Of a DNA stretch of 64,000 nucleotides, positions 57,544 through 64,000 are shown piece after piece (positions within the stretch are counted from its first letter, which is position 1; each line of letters begins with the position of its first letter). Origin of the DNA: Octopus vulgaris (Eukaryota); contig OX597819.1 in NCBI GenBank assembly GCA_951406725.2, positions 120,900,001 to 120,964,000 on the forward strand. The letters run 5' to 3'. The position numbers and the translations under genes are program-made. A model generated the notes under the pieces. It was not told the origin of the DNA. It did no database searches and saw only the letters and a program-made list of their open reading frames with translations.

Positions 57544-57960
57544 AGGCGTAGGAGTAGCTGTGTGGTAAGTAGCTTGCTTACGAACCACATGGTTCCTGGT
57601 TCAGTCCCACTGCGTGGCACCTTAGCCAAGTGTCTTCTACTATAGCATCGGGCCGACCAAAGCCTTGTGAGTGGATTTGGTAGACGGAAACTGAAAGAAG
57701 CCCGTCGTATAAATGTATATGTATATATACGTGTGAGTGTGTTTGTGGGTCTGCGGTTGTCCCTCCTCCTGTATCGCTTGACATCCGATGCTGGTGTGTT
57801 TACGTCTCCGTAGCCTAGCGGTTCGGCAAAAAGCGACCGAGAGAATAAGTATTAGGCTTACAAAGAATAAGTCCTTGCGTCGATTTGCTCGACTAAAGGC
57901 GGTGCTCCAGCATGGCCGCAGTCAAATGACTGAAAGAAGTAAAAGAGTAAAAAGAGGGAA
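57544..57960 (+). mobile_element. SINE family A, full length
   Basis: Head, body and tail with (GTAAAAGA) terminal repeats. Confidence 0.9.
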
Positions 57961-58067
57961 AAGAGTAGGTTGATTAAAAATCATGCGGACAATTATTCTA
58001 CATTAAAGTCAAGAGAAACTTAATTTTAGAAGTTCAACAGTCTTGATGATATAAATCAAAATATTTT

Positions 58068-58460
58068 TCTACTCTATGCACAAGGCGCGAAATTTTGGGA
58101 GCGGGGCCAGTCGATTAGATCGATCCGAGTACGTAACTGGTACTTAATTTATCGACTCCGAAAGGATGAAAAGCAAAGGCGACTTCGGCGGAATTTGAAC
58201 TCAGAATGTAAAGACAGACGAAATAGCTATTTCTTTACTACCCACAAGGGACTAAACATAGAGGGGACAAACAAGGACAAACAAACGGGTTAAATCGATT
58301 ATATCGACCCCAGTGCGTAATTGGTACTTATTTAATCGACCCCGAAAGGATGAAAGGCAAAGTCGACCTCGACTGAATTTGAACTCAGAACGTAACGGCA
58401 GACAAAATACCACTAAGTATTTTGCCCGGCTTGCTAACGATTCTGCCAGCTCACCGTCGT
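58068..58460 (-). mobile_element. SINE family B, full length
   Basis: Matches 53788-54185. Confidence 0.9.
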
Positions 58461-58629
58461 ATTGTAACTAAAATACTTAAGTCTTTACACCATAGCGAAC
58501 AATATAAAATTAGATTGGTTTTCGCCAATTAATTAGAATTAAAACGATTCGACAGTGTATTAACTGATATCAAAAATATATAGAAATATCTGTCTGGCCT
58601 TTTTAATAATCTATATATTTGTATGTCTG

Positions 58630-58698
<69 letters not shown>

Positions 58699-58839
58699 TT
58701 ATGTATCTATCCAGCTAGCTAGCTAGCTATGCAGATTATGTATGTATGCATATACGTATGTATGTATGTATGTAGGTATCTCTCCATCTATTTATCAATA
58801 GTTATAAATATCTCTATGTATACGTGAGAGTGTGTGTGT

Positions 58840-58897
<58 letters not shown>

Positions 58898-59151
58898 ACA
58901 CATGATATGATATGATATCCACATTGGATATTAAGTGCGTATATCTGCAAATATATACATGAACATATACAGTCCTATATGTATTATATAAATTATTTAT
59001 GCATATATATATATAGGTAAATATGTAGATGTGTGAGCATGTATGATTAAATCCATGGCTGTATGTGTGTATGTGCGTGTGAAGAAGAAAATCACAGCGC
59101 CGCAGACACGCACTAACACGTGTTCAACTGTATACGGTTGTCCCCATACAC

Positions 59152-59192
<41 letters not shown>

Positions 59193-59286
59193 TTCATACA
59201 TATAAATATATACACAAGTTTGTATGTAAGCAAGTATTTTTCGGTCATACATACATATGTATGTATTCTATGTATGGATGTATACA

Positions 59287-59360
<74 letters not shown>

Positions 59361-59766
59361 ATATACACTCTCGCACACACTTACATATATGCATATATAT
59401 ACGTATGTACATACACGCGTAAATAATCAATGTACGCCTGTGTCTGTACGTGTGACAATGTTTGTTATTTATATATAAAATTTAAGTGTATTTCACAAAC
59501 TATTTAGAGATAATCTTTAGGAAATATAAATAACACACACATTTGCCAATCTATAGTAAAGAGATGCTGTTTATCACAGCCCTGATTATATTTTAGATAT
59601 TCGTTTCTCAATAGAGATATTATGCTGAAAAGAAAAAAAAAATCATATATATATACATACATATATATATACTAAATACATTTAGAGTCACACTCTCACA
59701 TACGCGCAATGTTTTGAACCAACTAATACACGCATACATATTACCTTCTCACACAAACACATACAG

Positions 59767-59806
<40 letters not shown>

Positions 59807-60172
59807 ATACAGAGGTGTAGGTATACTTAAATGCATTAGTACTCAGTCACATTATCCTAAACAAGTAGGCATTCATTCAGTTCAGTTTTACATAAAACTG
59901 TTCTTCATAACAAACACTGCATAGATACAAACTTTGAAATTTCTCAATTATCTAGAAATGAAATCCTTATCCCATAAGTGCAGACTCACGCGCACACAGT
60001 AACACACATGCATACATACACATACACACGCATATACACATTCACACTCATATACATACGTACATACATACATATATACATACATACATACATATATACA
60101 TACATACATACATGCATACAAGCATACATACATACATATATCCACACATATGTACCATACATATATAAATAC

Positions 60173-60248
<76 letters not shown>

Positions 60249-60458
60249 GCAGAGAGACAGTCAGTCAGGCAGACAGGCAGACACACTCAAACATAATGCA
60301 TTTACAGTAATACAAATGTGTTCGTGATAATCGCCCCCTCGATACGCAAGGGTACACTCGGAAGTACGTACTGATAACTTGCATCGAGATGTCATAAGCT
60401 GAATCTTGAAAATTATACTATAATTCGTGTGTATACATACATACATATACATATACAT

Positions 60459-60493
<35 letters not shown>

Positions 60494-60554
60494 TATTTAT
60501 ATATATAGGGAGAGAAGGAAACAGGTAAATAAATAGATATATACACTCATATAT

Positions 60555-60588
<34 letters not shown>

Positions 60589-61347
60589 TTATGTATATGT
60601 ATGTATATATACGTTTCTATATATCTGTGTATGTCAGGGTGTCTATGTTTGTGTTTGTATAGGCTCAGCAAAAGCGTAGGCTGTCACGGGAATGACTATG
60701 TGATTACGAAGCGCGCTTTACAACCACGCGATTTCAGGTGCTCACCTAATTCAGGCAAGTTATATCTATTACAACCCAAGGCTGACAAACGCTGTAAGTG
60801 TGAAGTTGTGACGATGAAACTGTGACGAAGCTCGGGGTTACTTGTACACATACACACACACACACACACAGCTCCACATAATTTTCAGCACACCCACACA
60901 TACATACTCACACATTCGTTCCCATTCAGGCATACATGTTCACAGACATGCGCTCGCGCACCTTAGTTCGTTGGGATCACCGTTATTATTATTATCATTA
61001 TCTTCCTTTCATTCAGCCTCTCATTCAGGTTTATAAAACATTAAGTCCTACGGTCGATTCATTCGATTAAATATTCTTCAAGACGGTATCGTAACATGGC
61101 CGCAATCTGATGACTGAAACAAATAAAAGAATAAAGATAAATTCTATTCGAAAACATGTTACCTTATGTCGTTTGATATCGCAGATTTGAGCGTTTTATT
61201 GACCTATATTAATTGCAACTCATTAAAATCTAAATTTCTATTACCCTATGAAGCTTTATTAGAGCTGTTTCCCATACAGATGGCTGAAGTGAAGTAACCC
61301 GTATGGCTAACATCTTCAGTGTAATAACGAATTCAAACCAAATAGTG

Positions 61348-61457
61348 AAGTTCCCACTGCATGGCACCTTGGGCAAGTGTCTTATACTATATATAGCCTC
61401 AGTTCGACCAAAGCCTTGTCAGTGGATTTGGTAGACGGAAACTGAAAGAATACCGTA

Positions 61458-61534
<77 letters not shown>

Positions 61535-61736
61535 TGTATGTATGTATATGCTTGTGTTTCACTTGACAACCGACGTTGGTCTGTTACCTCCCTTAAACTT
61601 AACGGTTCGGCAAGAGACCGATAGAATAAGTGCTCGGCTTACAGAGAATGAGTCCTGGAGTCGAATTGCTCGAATGAAGGTGGTGCTCCAGTATGGCCGC
61701 AGTCAAACGACTAAAACAAATAAAAAAAAAAGAATA
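61348..61736 (+). mobile_element. SINE family A
   Basis: Body, expanded internal (TA)n(TATG)n, tail. Confidence 0.85.
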
Positions 61737-62664
61737 AATGTATGTATAGAATATATGTGTGTGTTTGTGTATGTATATGTGTGTGTGTAAGTGAATATAT
61801 TTGTGTATGTGTCTGTGTATGTTTCTATGTGTGTGCATGTGTAAGTAAATGAGTTTGTGTGTACGTGTATGTATGTGTGCATGTATATTGTTTGTGCGCG
61901 TTTGATGATGTTTCTTGTCGATCTAACTCCAGGAGAACATTCTTGTAGGATTTATTCATCTCCAATTTCTGATGCATTCGTTATTTATATATGAAAATCA
62001 CTCCGAAAAAATGTAACTTAAAAAATAAAAATACTCTCTGCGCCATTTATTGATTATGTCTTCTGTGATAGAATCGCCGCCTCTAAATCTATATGATTTC
62101 AGCAGGATTTCTTCTCGGAGAAAAATATCATCTCTCTGCGGAAATCTTTATTTCACAGAAACACACTACCTCAATTACTTGGGGAAAAGCCGAAACCTCT
62201 GCTCCTATAGGACTAAAAGGCAGGCCCCAGTGCATTTGCTGATGTGTGTTGAGGCTTGCCAACGGAAAATTTATTTAATATAAGCACGCGAGGCTTAACA
62301 AAGAAGTGCTCATTTATTTTTAATATTTTATTCCATACCAGAATGATATATTCTACGTTTGTTGTCTCTGAGATACACTTGTCTTTATTCTGTTTATATG
62401 TAACAATACAGAATGCGGAGCTCGAAGTCAAATCAGTAGTCAACAAGATACAGTGGTTCGGCTTCAGTTCGCCTCTCAGTAGCAGATACCACGTCGGCTA
62501 TTTGTGGCCAAGGGGGAATGTCTGCTCTTAATTCTACATGAAACATGATACAATGCATTGTGAGATGTGCTTTGAAGCGTGGTATGTAAGTATTAATTAA
62601 GTTTGGTGTGTATGTGTGTATATGTGTATGTATAAATACATGTTTATACGTATATATATATTCT

Positions 62665-62830
62665 TTTATTCTTTTCTTTGTTTCAGTAATTTACTGCGGC
62701 CATGCTGGAGCACCGCCTTCAATCGAACAAATCGGCCCCAGGATTTATTTTTGTAAGCCTAGTACTTATTCTGTCGGTCTCTTTTTCCAGACCGCTAGAT
62801 TACGGGGACGTAAACACACTAACATCGGTT
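62665..62830 (-). mobile_element. SINE family A 3' half
   Basis: gtttcagt..tgcggccatgctggagcaccgcc. Confidence 0.85.
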
Positions 62831-62882
62831 GTATGTACATATATATACATATCTATGTTCATATATATAAACACATACGTAC

Positions 62883-62979
<97 letters not shown>

Positions 62980-62984
62980 GAAAT

Positions 62985-63290
62985 AGAAAATGCTGACAAA
63001 ATAATTTAATAAGGGAGAGTGTATTTAATTAGGTGAAAGTTCTTTTTACCGGTTGCGCATTTATTATGCTTATCAAAAGATATTTTGAGTGAGATATAGT
63101 TCCTTTTGATTGATTTTTTTCTCTTATCTGGTAAGAGAAAAAATCTGTAAGAGAAAAAATCAATCAGAAAGGAACTCTATCTCACTCAAAATATCTTTTG
63201 ATAAGCATAACAAATACACAACCGGTAAAAAGAACTTTCACCTAATTAAATACACTCTCCCTTACTTAAATTATTTTGTCAGCATTTTCT
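62985..63290. mobile_element. Fold-back element (~142-bp arms) between (TA)n tracts
   Basis: Arms 62985-63126 and 63148-63290. Confidence 0.75.
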
Positions 63291-63348
63291 TCATTTCCTT
63301 TTTTTTTTTATATATTACAACTCGTGTTCCACATCTCCTTTTTTAAAC

Positions 63349-63379
<31 letters not shown>

Positions 63380-63387
63380 TATCATAG

Positions 63388-63530
63388 GTAAAAATGCTAA
63401 AAAATTCTTATAAAAAACATTTCAGTACCGGTTTCGGTCATTCATTGAGACTTTTTCAACTGTTGAAAAGTGTCAAAATCTGAAACCGGTACTGAAATGA
63501 TTATTATAAAATTATTTCAGCATTTTCTAC
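63388..63530. mobile_element. Palindromic PLE-type fragment with HHR-like arms
   Basis: Centre at 63461; both arms carry TTGAAAA..GAAACCGGTACTGAAATG. Confidence 0.65.
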
Positions 63531-63544
63531 ATTGACATTTTTTT

Positions 63545-63728
63545 CCATAGATCGCTAGCCACTACACATTCTTTATTTTCTCTCCTTGTCTCCTACTGTG
63601 TTCCTTACTGTGGAAGAGCGTATGCTCGAAACGTTAAAGACGTTTTCACTTCCCGAGCGTTATACTAATACATCTCTTTGTTGTCTATACCACCTGTCTT
63701 CGTCTTTTGTTTTTTTGCAAATTCTCCC
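63545..63728 (+). mobile_element. PLE-type terminal fragment with decayed HHR
   Basis: CTGTGGA-A-GAGC(GTAT)GCTC-GAAAC-GTT at 63608-63635; related to 48801-49010. Confidence 0.6.
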
Positions 63729-64000
63729 TCTCTCGCTCTCTCCCTTTCTGTATATATATATATATGTGTGTCTGTATGTATATATATAGTACACACACAC
63801 ACATATAAATGAGCTTTCTAAAAGTTTAATGGGGATGTCCCGTCAAACACAGAATCTGAGAGAATACACACTAGACTTTAAAAGTTTGTAGGTACGTGCC
63901 ACTTCGTTATACAAATAAAATATACTATGACGTCTGCTAAATGTTTTATAAATTAGTACCATTTCTCACCGCGTCAGCGTGCTTGTTACAATATTTTGTT

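Overview
AT-rich, extremely microsatellite-dense eukaryotic non-coding DNA. The SINE families and repeat load point to an octopus-like cephalopod genome (inference). No host gene can be supported, and nearly all ORF-track entries are translations of simple repeats. The window holds: at least four tRNA-derived SINE families; CR1/L2-like and R4/Dong-like LINE 3' fragments; a decayed Gypsy integrase plus 3' LTR joined in frame to a decayed mariner transposase; a palindromic mariner made of two 3' ends; hAT and Tigger-like MITEs; and Helitron-like pieces. The most notable signal is a recurring set of short elements, many of them fold-backs in or beside (TA)n tracts, that carry minimal type I hammerhead ribozyme (HHR) motifs with palindromic stem III, as known from Penelope-like element (PLE) pLTRs. 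These include a perfect twin-HHR palindrome (17727-17881), a U3-A8 compensatory-core HHR in both arms of a 300-bp inverted repeat (19704-20555), an HHR capping a long rod (44888-45058), and a tRNA-headed SINE-like element carrying an HHR (12597-12915). All folds and translations were read by eye; coordinates of degenerate elements are approximate.
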